A stretch of 63,979 nucleotides of DNA, counting the filler, from Vicugna vicugna (Eukaryota): the NCBI GenBank assembly GCA_013265495.1. It is 75 parts of 71 records of this genome, joined end to end, with 100 filler letters (N's around TTAATTAATTAA, not from the genome) between each part and the next. Parts side by side here need not be neighbours in the genome. Positions count along the whole stretch, not along the records: positions 24,637 to 25,489 come from MU061631.1; positions 25,590 to 27,087 come from MU061632.1; positions 27,188 to 27,612 come from PNXW01019983.1; positions 27,713 to 28,246 come from PNXW01019985.1; positions 28,347 to 28,882 come from PNXW01019986.1; positions 28,983 to 29,527 come from PNXW01019991.1; positions 29,628 to 30,181 come from MU061635.1; positions 30,282 to 31,032 come from MU061636.1; 67 more parts are not named here. One strand, 5' to 3'. Below the pieces are notes generated by a model. That model saw nothing but the letters and a program-made list of their open reading frames with translations, did no database searches and was not told the DNA's origin. Positions 24,537-37,559 of the stretch are shown one piece after another. The position numbers and the translations under genes are program-made. How positions within the stretch are numbered: the stretch's first letter is position 1; every line of letters starts with the position of its first letter.

Positions 24537-25589
24537 NNNNNNNNNNNNNNNNNNNNNNNNNNNNNNNNNNNNNNNNNNNNTTAATTAATTAANNNNNNNN
24601 NNNNNNNNNNNNNNNNNNNNNNNNNNNNNNNNNNNNGCTTCTAAAGTTTCTCAGCTCTGCATTCAGCTTTATGTCATTTTGGTGTGCTTCCAAAACAGCA
24701 AACTGACAGTGCGCTTATGCTTCTTAGTGCCATGGGAATGTCCCAATGTAAAAAGTCCTTCCCAGAATTTCTCTGTCGACACAAAAAATATTGGAAGCTT
24801 ATCTACGGATGTCATTAATCAGGAACTGCTGGAATGGTCCCGAAAATCAACCTTGGTGTCCTCGGTGCTGTAAAGTGTCAGTGGCATTCAAATATAGCAG
24901 CTGATTTTGGGAGATAATGGTGAAGGTAATGCTTCATCTATTAACGCTGTGGACTTGTACAACTCTTCCTTGCCCTCTCATCATTGTGGCACGGGTGCAC
25001 TAAGGCAATGACAGAGCTGTTGCGCACCCTGTGCCTCAAACCAAACAATAATCCCAGCCCAGGTTATGGATGTAGCAGAACCTAAGATTGATTTCAAACC
25101 CAAGGCCCCCTGGATCCCTCACACCAAATGAATGATATCTCTAATTCAGCCCCACACGTGCTCTATTGGCAACATGCCAAATTGGTCCCTGGTCCTGCAG
25201 ATGCACTGGGTGTGGCCATGGGAATTAATCGAAAATCTCAACCGTGTGTGCCAGGGTAGTTGCATTCTCATTGGGGCCACAGGTCGGTTTGCTCTGTTGA
25301 TAGGACACAACACATCCCACAACACACTCCAGATCCCTGAGACTCAGACTGTGCCATCATAATGTGGGGATGCGCTGGTTTCTTTGAGTTCTGTCAGCCA
25401 AGCATCTGCTGTGCACTCTTCTAACACTCAGCGCAACACCTTCAATCCCATGTCTCCTGTCTGCTTGAGAGTGTGCATCCAATCCAAGTNNNNNNNNNNN
25501 NNNNNNNNNNNNNNNNNNNNNNNNNNNNNNNNNTTAATTAATTAANNNNNNNNNNNNNNNNNNNNNNNNNNNNNNNNNNNNNNNNNNNN

Positions 25590-27087
25590 AAACAGAATAC
25601 AAAACCAGGAATTGAGAACATGGTATGCAGAACAAAGATTTAGAATATATAACACAGAATACTGAATATAGAATTTCGAATATAGAATGTAGAACACAGA
25701 ATATAGAATATAGAATACGGAATGCAGAATATAGAATACATAATATAGAATATAGAACACAGAATATAGAATATAGAATACGGAATGCAGAATATAGAAT
25801 ACATAATATAGAATATAGAACACAGAATATAGAATATAGAATACGGAATGCAGAATATAGAATACATAATATAGAATATAGAACACAGAATATAGAATAT
25901 AGAATACGGAATGCAGAATATAGAATACATAATATAGAATATAGAACACAGAATATAGAATATAGAATACGGAATGCAGAATATAGAATACATAATATAG
26001 AATATAGAACACAGAATATAGAATATAGAATACGGAATGCAGAATATAGAATACATAATATAGAATATAGAACACAGAATATAGAATATAGAATACGGAA
26101 TGCAGAATATAGAATACATAATATAGAATATAGAACACAGAATATAGAATATAGAATACGGAATGCAGAATATAGAATACATAATATAGAATATAGAACA
26201 CAGAATATAGAATATATAATATAGAATATAGAACCCAGAATTTGGAACATGGAATGCAGAACACAGAATTTAGAATATAGAATACAGAATTCTGAGTATA
26301 GAATATGAATATAAAATATAGAGCACAGAATTTAGAATATAGAATACAGAATACTGAATATAGAATTTAGAATATACAATGTAGAACACAGAATATAGAA
26401 TATAGAATACGGAATGCAGAATAAAGAATACAGAATATACAATGTAGAACACAGAATTTAGANNNNNNNNNNNNNNNNNNNNNNNNNNNNNNNNNNNNNN
26501 NNNNNNNNNNNNNNNNNNNNNNNNNNNNNNNNNNNNNNNNNNNNNNNNNNNNNNNNNNNNNNNNNNNNNNNNNNNNNNNNNNNNNNNNNNNNNNNNNNNN
26601 NNNNNNNNNNNNNNNNNNNNNNNNNNNNNNNNNNNNNNNNNNNNNNNNNNNNNNNNNNNNNNNNNNNNNNNNNNNNNNNNNNNNNNNNNNNNNNNNNNNN
26701 NNNNNNNNNNNNNNNNNNNNNNNNNNNNNNNNNNNNNNNNNNNNNNNNNNNNNNNNNNNNNNNNNNNNNNNNNNNNNNNNNNNNNNNNNNNNNNNNNNNN
26801 NNNNNNNNNNNNNNNNNNNNNNNNNNNNNNNNNNNNNNNNNNNNNNNNNNNNNNNNNNNNNNNNNNNNNNNNNNNNNNNNNNNNNNNNNNNNNNNNNNNN
26901 NNNNNNNNNNNNNNNNNNNNNNNNNNNNNNNNNNNNNNNNNNNNNNNNNNNNNNNNNNNNNNNNNNAATATAGAATATAGAGAATATAGAACGCAGAATT
27001 TAGAAATGGAATGCAGAAAAGAGAATTAAGAATATAGAATAAAGAATACTGAATATAGGTTTTAGAATATAGAATGTAGAACACAGA
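25590..27087. repeat. 7-bp satellite containing 8 perfect 63-bp units (25692-26195)
   Basis: GAACACAG recurs every 63 bp from 25692 to 26196. Confidence 0.95.
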
Positions 27088-27330
27088 NNNNNNNNNNNNN
27101 NNNNNNNNNNNNNNNNNNNNNNNNNNNNNNNTTAATTAATTAANNNNNNNNNNNNNNNNNNNNNNNNNNNNNNNNNNNNNNNNNNNNGCCCCTGGCCTTG
27201 GCTTTGGAGTTGTTTCCATGATAACAGGGCCTTATGTATTCAGTATACATACTACCATAAATAAAACACCTGTAGCTAGAAAAGACCCTGTATTTCAAAT
27301 ATCTTGTAAATAAAGTCAGTTGAGCTATAC

Positions 27331-27504
27331 CTGGTTTATCGCCTCGATATTTGCATTATAGCGGAGCAGCTCTGCTGCAATTGATGTGTTTTCAGCCAAG
27401 ACGGCGTAATGCAGAGCAGTGTTTTGAAAGTTGTCCTCAAGATTTGGGTCAGCACCCTGTTTCAGCAGGATAGTGACACACTCTTCTTTCCGGCATTGTA
27501 CAGC
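27331..27504 (-). CDS. Internal 174-bp ankyrin-repeat exon of an ANKRD26-family gene
   Basis: cag|AVQCRKEECVTILLKQGADPNLEDNFQNTALHYAVLAENTSIAAELLRYNANIEAINQ|gtatag; open frame, phase 0, canonical splice sites; matches the family's GADPN...NTALHYA exon. Confidence 0.88.
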
Positions 27505-28346
27505 CTGTTGGTATCATGCCAAAAAACAGACTGTAAGTGCTAGGAAGTTAACATTCCTCAGTTCCAGCAGTTCGTTATATTTAAAACAGATAAATTCATT
27601 TTTATTCTAAGTNNNNNNNNNNNNNNNNNNNNNNNNNNNNNNNNNNNNNNNNNNNNTTAATTAATTAANNNNNNNNNNNNNNNNNNNNNNNNNNNNNNNN
27701 NNNNNNNNNNNNCCCTTCATTGCTATCCCCAGTCGTCTGTCCCTCCACGTCCCTAACTGGGCCCTGCTCCTCTGAAACACTTGCCGCTGGACTCTACTCC
27801 CCCGCTACATTGCAGTCATCTGCCATCCTTCTGGACCCAGCCTTCTGATCTACTACTCTTCCGGCCACTCTCTCTCCTTCAGTGAATGTTTGGCTTCAGT
27901 TTGCTGCCCTTCTCTCCACTGTCTCTCTTGTCTTCCTTCTCCAAAAACTCAATGGAAACTCGATTCCTGGAGATTCACTTCCTTGATGTCCTTACCATCA
28001 ATCACGTCTCCTTATATCAGGCCCCTCACTCCACGTTCACACCACCAATAACCAAATCATCTCAAAAATATCAACTATATGGTCATGCAATTAGTTGATC
28101 CCCCACCAAGGAGCTTAAAAAACTGACCAAATCAGCTTTTCACTGTATCACCCTGTCATATCCTTGTTTCCTTCTCTAAACAACTTGCATTCCATTCTAT
28201 GTGCCGTTGTAATAACTATTCCCATGTATATACCTGGTCTCCCTGCNNNNNNNNNNNNNNNNNNNNNNNNNNNNNNNNNNNNNNNNNNNNTTAATTAATT
28301 AANNNNNNNNNNNNNNNNNNNNNNNNNNNNNNNNNNNNNNNNNNNN

Positions 28347-28882
28347 ATTATGTGTTCTGCATTCCATGTCCTCTATTCTGGTTTCTGTATTTTGTTTTCC
28401 ATATTCTATTATCTGTGTTCTACATTCTATATTCTATATTCTATAGTCTAAATTCTGTATTCTGCATTCTATGTTCTAAATACTATGTTCATTATTCTAT
28501 ATTCTATATACTAAATTTTGTGTTCTGCATTCCATGTTATAAATTCTGGGTTCTGTATTCTGTATTCCATATTCTATATTCTGTGTTCTACATTCTTTAT
28601 TCTGTTTTCTATTTTCAGCATTCCGTATTCTAACTGTGTTTTACATTCTATATTCTAAATTCTATATTCAGTATTCAGTATTCTATAAACTAAATTCTGT
28701 GTTCTGCATTCCATGTTCCAATTTCTGGGTTCTCTTCCCTCTACTCTATTCTATATTGTGTGTTTTTCATTCTATATTCTACATAGTATAGTCTGCATTC
28801 CATATTTTATATTCTATATTATGAGTTCTACAATCTGTATTCTAAATTCTATATTCTGCATTCTGTATTCTATATTCTATAT
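28347..28882. repeat. 7-bp satellite
   Basis: Heptamers. Confidence 0.95.
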
Positions 28883-28982
28883 NNNNNNNNNNNNNNNNNN
28901 NNNNNNNNNNNNNNNNNNNNNNNNNNTTAATTAATTAANNNNNNNNNNNNNNNNNNNNNNNNNNNNNNNNNNNNNNNNNNNN

Positions 28983-29527
28983 CAAATTACATATCTCTAG
29001 GGTAGAATTCGCACCAAGATGGTTTTCCTCGGTTCAAATTGTGATTTTTGAAACTGGTGATAGGTAGAATCTACGAAGTCAAAGTAAATATTTTAAAGTG
29101 CATAAGTAACTTCTTATGGTTGAAACATCAGTCATGCGCATGTTCACAACTCAGAAATGCATGTATTAGGAATCCGTGATGCATGAAACATGTTCGGAAC
29201 ACGGAATGCCATGGTTATGTAAACAATGTAAATTAAATGTTTATACGTGAGAATTCGCTCATAGAGTGTTTTCTGGTGCCAAATGTCTGATTTTAGAACC
29301 TGGTGATACAAAATGTCCTCTAAAGTCATAGTAAATACACAAAAAATCCTCTAAAGTCATAGTAAATACTTCTAAGAGTATATATGCCTTGTTTGGTGGT
29401 TGAAAGTTCACTAATGCACATGCTCACAACTCAGAAACTCATGTTTGTGGAAACCGTCAAGCATGTAGCATGTACGGAACGTGGAATGCCATGTTGATGG
29501 TATTCATGTAAATTACATATCTGTTAG
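28983..29527. repeat. ~740-bp trimeric satellite
   Basis: Family motifs; contains a 31-bp internal duplication (29317/29348). Confidence 0.9.
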
Positions 29528-30281
29528 NNNNNNNNNNNNNNNNNNNNNNNNNNNNNNNNNNNNNNNNNNNNTTAATTAATTAANNNNNNNNNNNNNNNNN
29601 NNNNNNNNNNNNNNNNNNNNNNNNNNNACCATGGATTGATCCTCCTCCTAGGAAAGGAACCGTAGTGCTGTCGTTATGTTTGAGCAGGGGTAGGCGGAGG
29701 ATCTCAGAAGAGTTGTTTCAGCACACCAATAGAATTCTTGGCCACCGTGACCACGAAAGACAAGTCCCCTGCCATCCCGGTAGGCACTTGGGCTCCTGAC
29801 AAAAGCTGGGCTCAGTAAAGGGTTGAGTAGAAGGCACAGACCTNNNNNNNNNNNNNNNNNNNNNNNNNNNNNNNNNNNNNNNNNNNNNNNNNNNNNNNNN
29901 NNNNNNNNNNNNNNNNNNNNNNNNNNNNNNNNNNNNNNNNNNNNNNNNNNNNNNNNNNNNNNNNNNNNNNNNNNNNNNNNNNNNNNNNNNNNNNNNNNNN
30001 NNNNNNNNNNNNNNNNNNNNNNNNNNNNNNNNNCTAAAGGCAGGGAAGTGGCAGCACCAGATGAAACGCAGCGTGAAACCCCCGTTCAAGGCCGCTGACT
30101 CTGACGACGGGGCCAAGGTTTCCAACGAGCAGAATGAGACAGTGTAAATACTTTGTTCCCCCTAAAACCCCAAATGTTTTTNNNNNNNNNNNNNNNNNNN
30201 NNNNNNNNNNNNNNNNNNNNNNNNNTTAATTAATTAANNNNNNNNNNNNNNNNNNNNNNNNNNNNNNNNNNNNNNNNNNNN

Positions 30282-31032
30282 TATTCAGTATTCGGTATTC
30301 TATATTCTAAATTCTGTGTTGTGCATCCAATGTTCTAAATTTTGTGTTCTATACTCTGTATTGTATATTCTGCCTCCCGTATTTTATATTCTATATTCTG
30401 TGTAATACATTGTATATTCTAAATTCTATATTCAGTTTTCTGTATTCTATATTCTAAATTCTGTGTTCTACATTGTATATTCATATTCTATATTCAGTAA
30501 TCTGTATTATATGTTTTAATTTCGTGTTCTGCATTCCATGTTCTAAATTCTGGGTTCTATATTCTGTTTTCCATATTCTAAATTCTGTGTTCTACATTCT
30601 ATATTCTGTATTCAATATTCTGCCTTCCGTATTCTACATTCCATATTCTGTGNNNNNNNNNNNNNNNNNNNNNNNNNNNNNNNNNNNNNNNNNNNNNNNN
30701 NNNNNNNNNNNNNNNNNNNNNNNNNNNNNNNNNNNNNNNNNNNNNNNNNNNNNNNNNNNNNNNNNNNNNNNNNNNNNNNNNNNNNNNNNNNNNNNNNNNN
30801 NNNNNNNNNNNNNNNNNNNNNNNNNNNNNNNNNNNNNNNNNNNNNNNNNNNNNNNNNNNNNNNNNNNNNNNNNNNNNNNNNNNNNNNNNNNNNNNNNNNN
30901 NNNNNNNNNNNNNNNNNNNNNNTAAATTCTATGTATTCTGTATTCTATATACTAAATTCTGTGTTCTACTTTCTATATTCTACACTGAATATTCAGTAAT
31001 CTGTATTCTATATTCTAAATTCTGTGTTCTGC
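30282..31032. repeat. 7-bp satellite
   Basis: Heptamers. Confidence 0.95.
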
Positions 31033-31132
31033 NNNNNNNNNNNNNNNNNNNNNNNNNNNNNNNNNNNNNNNNNNNNTTAATTAATTAANNNNNNNNNNNN
31101 NNNNNNNNNNNNNNNNNNNNNNNNNNNNNNNN

Positions 31133-32559
31133 TTACATGTGTATTGGTGAGAATTCGCTCAAAGAGTCTTTTCTAGTTCCAAATGTCCGATTTTAGAACC
31201 TGGTGACAGAAAAAACCTATAAAGTCAGAGAAAATATTTCTAAGTGTATACATGCCTTGTTTGGTGGATGAAAGGTCAGTAATCCACATGCTGAGAATTC
31301 AGAAACACATGTTTGCCGAATCCGTCATGCATGTAGCATGTACGGAACCCGGAATGCCATGTTGATGGAATTCATGTAAATTACATATCTGTTAGGTGGA
31401 AATTGCTCCAGAGATATTTTTCTGAGAAAAATGCACGAGTTCGAAACTGGTGTTAGGAAAAGATTGTGAAAATGGGTACACGTGTCTAGATGAAAATATT
31501 GTTTTTATAGAGGATGAAAGATCAGTAATCCACATGCTCTCAACTCAGGAANNNNNNNNNNNNNNNNNNNNNNNNNNNNNNNNNNNNNNNNNNNNNNNNN
31601 NNNNNNNNNNNNNNNNNNNNNNNNNNNNNNNNNNNNNNNNNNNNNNNNNNNNNNNNNNNNNNNNNNNNNNNNNNNNNNNNNNNNNNNNNNNNNNNNNNNN
31701 NNNNNNNNNNNNNNNNNNNNNNNNNNNNNNNNNNNNNNNNNNNNNNNNNNNNNNNNNNNNNNNNNNNNNNNNNNNNNNNNNNNNNNNNNNNNNNNNNNNN
31801 NNNNNNNNNNNNNNNNNNNNNNNNNNNNNNNNNNNNNNNNNNNNNNNNNNNNNNNNNNNNNNNNNNNNNNNNNNNNNNNNNNNNNNNNNNNNNNNNNNNN
31901 NNNNNNNNNNNNNNNNNNNNNNNNNNNNNNNNNNNNNNNNNNNNNNNNNNNNNNNNNNNNNNNNNNNNNNNNNNNNNNNNNNNNNNNNNNNNNNNNNNNN
32001 NNNNNNNNNNNNNNNNNNNNNNNNNNNNNNNNNNNNNNNNNNNNNNNNNNNNNNNNNNNNNNNNNNNNNNNNNNNNNNNNNNNNNNNNNNNNNNNNNNNN
32101 NNNNNNNNNNNNNNNNNNNNNNNNNNNNNNNNNNNNNNNNNNNNNNNNNNNNNNNNNNNNNNNNNNNNCTCCAGAAGATTTTTTCTGTGAAAAAGGCACG
32201 AATTCGAAACTGGTGTTAGGGAAAGTTTGTGATAATTTGTACACGTGTCTAGATGAAAATATTTCTTTTTTAGTGGATGAAAAATGAGTAATTCACATGC
32301 TCTCAACTCAGGAATGCATGTTTGTCGAATCCCTCATTCATGTAGCATGTACGGAACACTGAATATCATTTAGATGGAATCTATTCAAATTACATATCTC
32401 TAGGGTAAATTTCGCTCCAAGAGGGTTTTTCTGGGATCAAAGTGTGGTTCTTGATACCGGTGTAAGGAAGAAGAAACGAAGTCTACGTAAATATTTCAAA
32501 GAGCATAGGTAACTTTTTTGGTGGTTGAAACATCTTTCATGCGCATGTTCACAGCTCAG
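31133..32559. repeat. ~740-bp trimeric satellite
   Basis: GATGAAAG anchors at 31267 and 31513 (246 bp). Confidence 0.9.
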
Positions 32560-32659
32560 NNNNNNNNNNNNNNNNNNNNNNNNNNNNNNNNNNNNNNNNN
32601 NNNTTAATTAATTAANNNNNNNNNNNNNNNNNNNNNNNNNNNNNNNNNNNNNNNNNNNN

Positions 32660-33192
32660 TTTACAGTGCAAACCTCAGGAACATCAAACCGGCTCTAGGA
32701 AACATATTGAGAAACCAGAGTAATTGTTTCTCCTGCAAACCGTTCCCTTTGTGCTGGATGAACGAACGTCTCTACACATGCTCACTTCTGAGGGATAAGT
32801 GGGTGTTAAAGCCGTCCTTTACCTAGCTTGAAGGGAAGACAAAATTTCTATTCAGTGGCAAACACCAGTCCTTACATATATATGGGGAGGAACTAACTTC
32901 AACTCGGTTTTACAGTGCAACCGCAGGAACTTCCACCCGGCNNNNNNNNNNNNNNNNNNNNNNNNNNNNNNNNNNNNNNNNNNNNNNNNNNNNTCCCTTT
33001 GTGTGAACGAAAGTCTCTCCACATGCTCAGTTCTGAGACAGATGTGTGTGTGAAAGCCGTCCAACACTTAGCTTGAAGAGAACACAAAGTTTCTTTTCAA
33101 TTACAAACACCAAACCATACATATATATGGCGAGGTACAAGCTCGATCTCGGTTTTACAGTGCAAACCGCAGGAACTTCAAACCGGCACTAG
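32660..33192. repeat. ~248-bp satellite (family E)
   Basis: TTTACAGTGCAA recurs at a 249-bp spacing. Confidence 0.9.
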
Positions 33193-33292
33193 NNNNNNNN
33201 NNNNNNNNNNNNNNNNNNNNNNNNNNNNNNNNNNNNTTAATTAATTAANNNNNNNNNNNNNNNNNNNNNNNNNNNNNNNNNNNNNNNNNNNN

Positions 33293-35524
33293 ATGCCTAA
33301 GCTCGTCTCCCCTGAGGCTTTTCCTATTATCTCTGTGGCAGGGATTGCTAGGGGGTTTTGCAGGATATCAAAGTGACAGATATTGCCTCCCCAAGTTCAG
33401 GGAAGGTATTTCTCGGACTTCCCCGTCCGGGAACACCTGTGACTGAAGAGAGCTTCGTGGAGTTGTCTCTCGAGCTCCCGCACGCACTGACAATGTTTCC
33501 GGAATCCTGAGCGTGGGGAGGTTCCACCAACGGTCGGCAGATCGTGGGTTCTAACGGAATGCCTAAGCTCGTCTCCCCTGAGGCTTTTCCTATTATCTCT
33601 GTGGCAGGGATTGCTAGGGGGTTTTGCAGGATATCAAAGTGACAGATATTGCCTCCCCAAGTTCAGGGAAGGTATTTCTCGGACTTCCCCGTCCGGGAAC
33701 ACCTGTGACTGAAGAGATCTGTGTGGAGTTTTCTCTCGTGCTCCCCCACGCACTGACAATTGTTCCGGAATCCTGNNNNNNNNNNNNNNNNNNNNNNNNN
33801 NNNNNNNNNNNNNNNNNNNNNNNNNNNNNNNNNNNNNNNNNNNNNNNNNNNNNNNNNNNNNNNNNNNNNNNNNNNNNNNNNNNNNNNNNNNNNNNNNNNN
33901 NNNNNNNNNNNNNNNNNNNNNNNNNNNNNNNNNNNNNNNNNNNNNNNNNNNNNNNNNNNNNNNNNNNNNNNNNNNNNNNNNNNNNNNNNNNNNNNNNNNN
34001 NNNNNNNNNNNNNNNNNNNNNNNNNNNNNNNNNNNNNNNNNNNNNNNNNNNNNNNNNNNNNNNNNNNNNNNNNNNNNNNNNNNNNNNNNNNNNNNNNNNN
34101 NNNNNNNNNNNNNNNNNNNNNNNNNNNNNNNNNNNNNNNNNNNNNNNNNNNNNNNNNNNNNNNNNNNNNNNNNNNNNNNNNNNNNNNNNNNNNNNNNNNN
34201 NNNNNNNNNNNNNNNNNNNNNNNNNNNNNNNNNNNNNNNNNNNNNNNNNNNNNNNNNNNNNNNNNNNNNNNNNNNNNNNNNNNNNNNNNNNNNNNNNNNN
34301 NNNNNNNNNNNNNNNNNNNNNNNNNNNNNNNNNNNNNNNNNNNNNNNNNNNNNNNNNNNNNNNNNNNNNNNNNNNNNNNNNNNNNNNNNNNNNNNNNNNN
34401 NNNNNNNNNNNNNNNNNNNNNNNNNNNNNNNNNNNNNNNNNNNNNNNNNNNNNNNNNNNNNNNNNNNNNNNNNNNNNNNNNNNNNNNNNNNNNNNNNNNN
34501 NNNNNNNNNNNNNNNNNNNNNNNNNNNNNNNNNNNNNNNNNNNNNNNNNNNNNNNNNNNNNNNNNNNNNNNNGGGGAGGTTCCACCAACGGTCGACAGCG
34601 CGTGGGATCTAACGGAATGCCTAAGCTCGACTCCCCTGAGGGTGTTCCTAATGTCTCTGTGCCAGGGAATGCTAGGGGGGTTTGTAGGATATCCCAGTGA
34701 CAGAGGCTGCCTCCCCTTGGTCAGGGAAGTTGTTTCTCGGACTTCCCTGGACAGGGAACACCGGTGACTTAAGAGAACTGCGTGGAGTTGTCTCTCGAGC
34801 TCCTCCACGCACTGAGTATGAATACGGAATCCTGAGCGTGGGGAGGTTCCACCAACGGTCGGCAGCGCGTGGGTTCTAACGGAATGACTAAGCTCGTCTC
34901 CCCTGAGGGTTTTCCTAATGTCTCTGTGCCACGTAATGCTAGGGGTGNNNNNNNNNNNNNNNNNNNNNNNNNNNNNNNNNNNNNNNNNNNNNNNNNNNNN
35001 NNNNNNNNNNNNNNNNNNNNNNNNNNNNNNNNNNNNNNNNNNNNNNNNNNNNNNNNNNNNNNNNNNNNNNNNNNNNNNNNNNNNNNNNNNNNNNNNNNNN
35101 NNNNNNNNNNNNNNNNNNNNNNNNNNNNNNNNNNNNNNNNNNNNNNNNNNNNNNNNNNNNNNNNNNNNNNNNNNNNNNNNNNNNNNNNNNNNNNNNNNNN
35201 NNNNNNNNNNNNNNNNNNNNNNNNNNNNNNNNNNNNNNNNNNNNNNNNNNNNNNNNNNNNNNNNNNNNNNNNNNNNNNNNNNNNNNNNNNNNNNNNNNNN
35301 NNNNNNNNNNNNNNNNNNNNNNNNNNNNNNNNNNNNNNNNNNNNNNNNNNNNNNNNNNNNNNNNNNNNNNNNNNNNNNNNNNNNNNNNNNNNNNNNNNNN
35401 NNNNNNNNNNNNCGTCTCCCCTTTTTCCTAAAGTTTCTGTGCAGGGAATTGTAGGGGTTTTGCAGGATATCCAAGTGACATAGGCTGCCACCCCTAGGTC
35501 ATGGAATGTATTTCTCGGACTTCC
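33293..35524. repeat. 267-bp satellite (reverse orientation, gapped)
   Basis: Near-identical monomers 266 bp apart (33293/33559) and 267 bp apart (34581/34848). Confidence 0.95.
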
Positions 35525-35624
35525 NNNNNNNNNNNNNNNNNNNNNNNNNNNNNNNNNNNNNNNNNNNNTTAATTAATTAANNNNNNNNNNNNNNNNNNNN
35601 NNNNNNNNNNNNNNNNNNNNNNNN

Positions 35625-36593
35625 TCTGTGAAAAAAGCACAAATTCGAAACTGGTGTTCTGGAAAGCTTTTGAAAATGTGTACACGTGTGTAGATGAAAT
35701 TATTCCTTTTACAGAGGATGAAAGATCAGTAATCCACATGATCTCACCTCAGGAATGCATATTTGCCGAATCCGTCACGCATGAAGCATGTACGGAACAC
35801 GGAATATCATGTTGATGGAATCTATTCAAATTAAATATCTCAAGGGTAGTATTCACTCCAAGAGGGTTTTTCTGGGATCAAAGTGTGATTCTTGAAACTG
35901 GTGAAAGGAAGAAGCTACGAAGTCAAAGTAAATATTTCAAAGTGNNNNNNNNNNNNNNNNNNNNNNNNNNNNNNNNNNNNNNNNNNNNNNNNNNNNNNNN
36001 NNNNNNNNNNNNNNNNNNNNNNNNNNNNNNNNNNNNNNNNNNNNNNNNNNNNNNNNNNNNNNNNNNNNNNNNNNNNNNNNNNNNNNNNNNNNNNNNNNNN
36101 NNNNNNNNNNNNNNNNNNNNNNNNNNNNNNNNNNNNNNNNNNNNNNNNNNNNNNNNNNNNNNNNNNNNNNNNNNNNNNNNNNNNNNNNNNNNNNNNNNNN
36201 NNNNNNNNNNNNNNNNNNNNNNNNNNNNNNNNNNNNNNNNNNNNNNNNNNNNNNNNNNNNNNNNNNNNNNNNNNNNNNNNNNNNNNNNNNNNNNNNNNNN
36301 NNNNNNNNNNNNNNNNNNNNNNNNNNNNNNNNNNNNNNNNNNNNNNNNNNNNNNNNNNNNNNNNNNNNNNNNNNNNNNGAATTCGAAACTGGTGTTCTGG
36401 AAAGCTTGTGAAAATGAGTACACGTGTCTAGATGAAACTATTCTTTTATAGAGGATGAAATATCAGTAATCCAAATGCTCTCAACTCTGGAATGCATGTT
36501 TGTCGAATCCGTCATGCATGTAGCATGTACGGAACACGGAATATCATTTAGATGGAATCTATTCAAATTACATACTTCTAGGGTAGATTTCGC
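35625..36593. repeat. ~740-bp trimeric satellite
   Basis: Family motifs. Confidence 0.9.
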
Positions 36594-37272
36594 NNNNNNN
36601 NNNNNNNNNNNNNNNNNNNNNNNNNNNNNNNNNNNNNTTAATTAATTAANNNNNNNNNNNNNNNNNNNNNNNNNNNNNNNNNNNNNNNNNNNNCCCATTT
36701 GTCTCAACTATGGGAGAGCGGCTGTGGGGCCACTTGGGGACTCGTGAGTCCAGATGGGTAGTGTTGGTGGCTTCCTCTTGAGCGGTGGGACGGTCAGTGG
36801 GTAAAAGCGAACAGATTGAAGGCATGTTTAGATGGTTGAAAGGAAAGGATGAATGTTGTCTGTGAAGGTAGGATGCAGTAAGGCCCAGGTTTCTGTGTGG
36901 ATTAATCTGGTAAATGATGGTCCTGCTGTGCTCTGAGGAGAGAAAGCTGCAGAGGGAGCTCTGGGGGAAAACTGATGAGTTCAGCTCTGGGTAAAGTGAA
37001 AGGCTGTTGGATGTGTGGTCTGGGAGCTCTGGTGAGAGCCAGTAGTGAAAAGGGGACAGAGACCTTCAAATTATTTTGCCTCGTGAACATACAAATAACT
37101 ATGAGTAATGACACACTTATCACCTCTNNNNNNNNNNNNNNNNNNNNNNNNNNNNNNNNNNNNNNNNNNNNTTAATTAATTAANNNNNNNNNNNNNNNNN
37201 NNNNNNNNNNNNNNNNNNNNNNNNNNNTCTAAATCACCCCCAAGACAGCAGCTAAACTCGGTTTAGACTTAC

Positions 37273-37559
37273 GATGCGGCTTCTGGTGGCTGGGTTGAAG
37301 AATGTATCTCTATCCTGAATATAAAAGTCATTCACGGAGCTCTTCTCAAATAGGGCAATGAAAAGCTCTTGTTCCGGTTGTTGATACTTTCATCCACTTG
37401 AAGGACTTTCATCAAACAGCTGAAGTTACCAAAGGCTGAGGACCTGGTTTTCAGATCATTGGGCTTCAGAGGCAATATTATGTGAAGTATCTCAGCGTAT
37501 GTGCAGAACACCTCCCACAGGGGGTGTACTTTTGCAAATACAAGCTTGTCATCCAAAAT
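37273..37559 (-). pseudogene. ANO6: ANO6 (TMEM16F)-derived exon with a 1-bp frameshift, flanked by intron sequence
   Basis: tag|ILDDKLVFAKVHPLWEVFCTYAEILHIILPLKPNDLKTRSSAFG...DESIN / shift / PEQELFIALFEKSSVNDFYIQDRDTFFNPATRSRI|gtaagt; 287 bp, not a multiple of 3. Confidence 0.85.

Noticed and set aside
24637..25489. Possible ERV or coding fragment, likewise 29628-30181 and 50616-51912
   Set aside because: No frame gave a recognisable motif; cannot be assigned without a search.
25534..26264. Long ORFs on both strands (YSIFYIL / EYRIQN repeats), also at 1703-2452, 21190-21825 and elsewhere
   Set aside because: Translation artefacts of a 7-bp repeat that lacks stops in some frames.
33614..35491. 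ORFs of 200-600 aa
   Set aside because: Mostly N-gap read-through plus satellite sequence.
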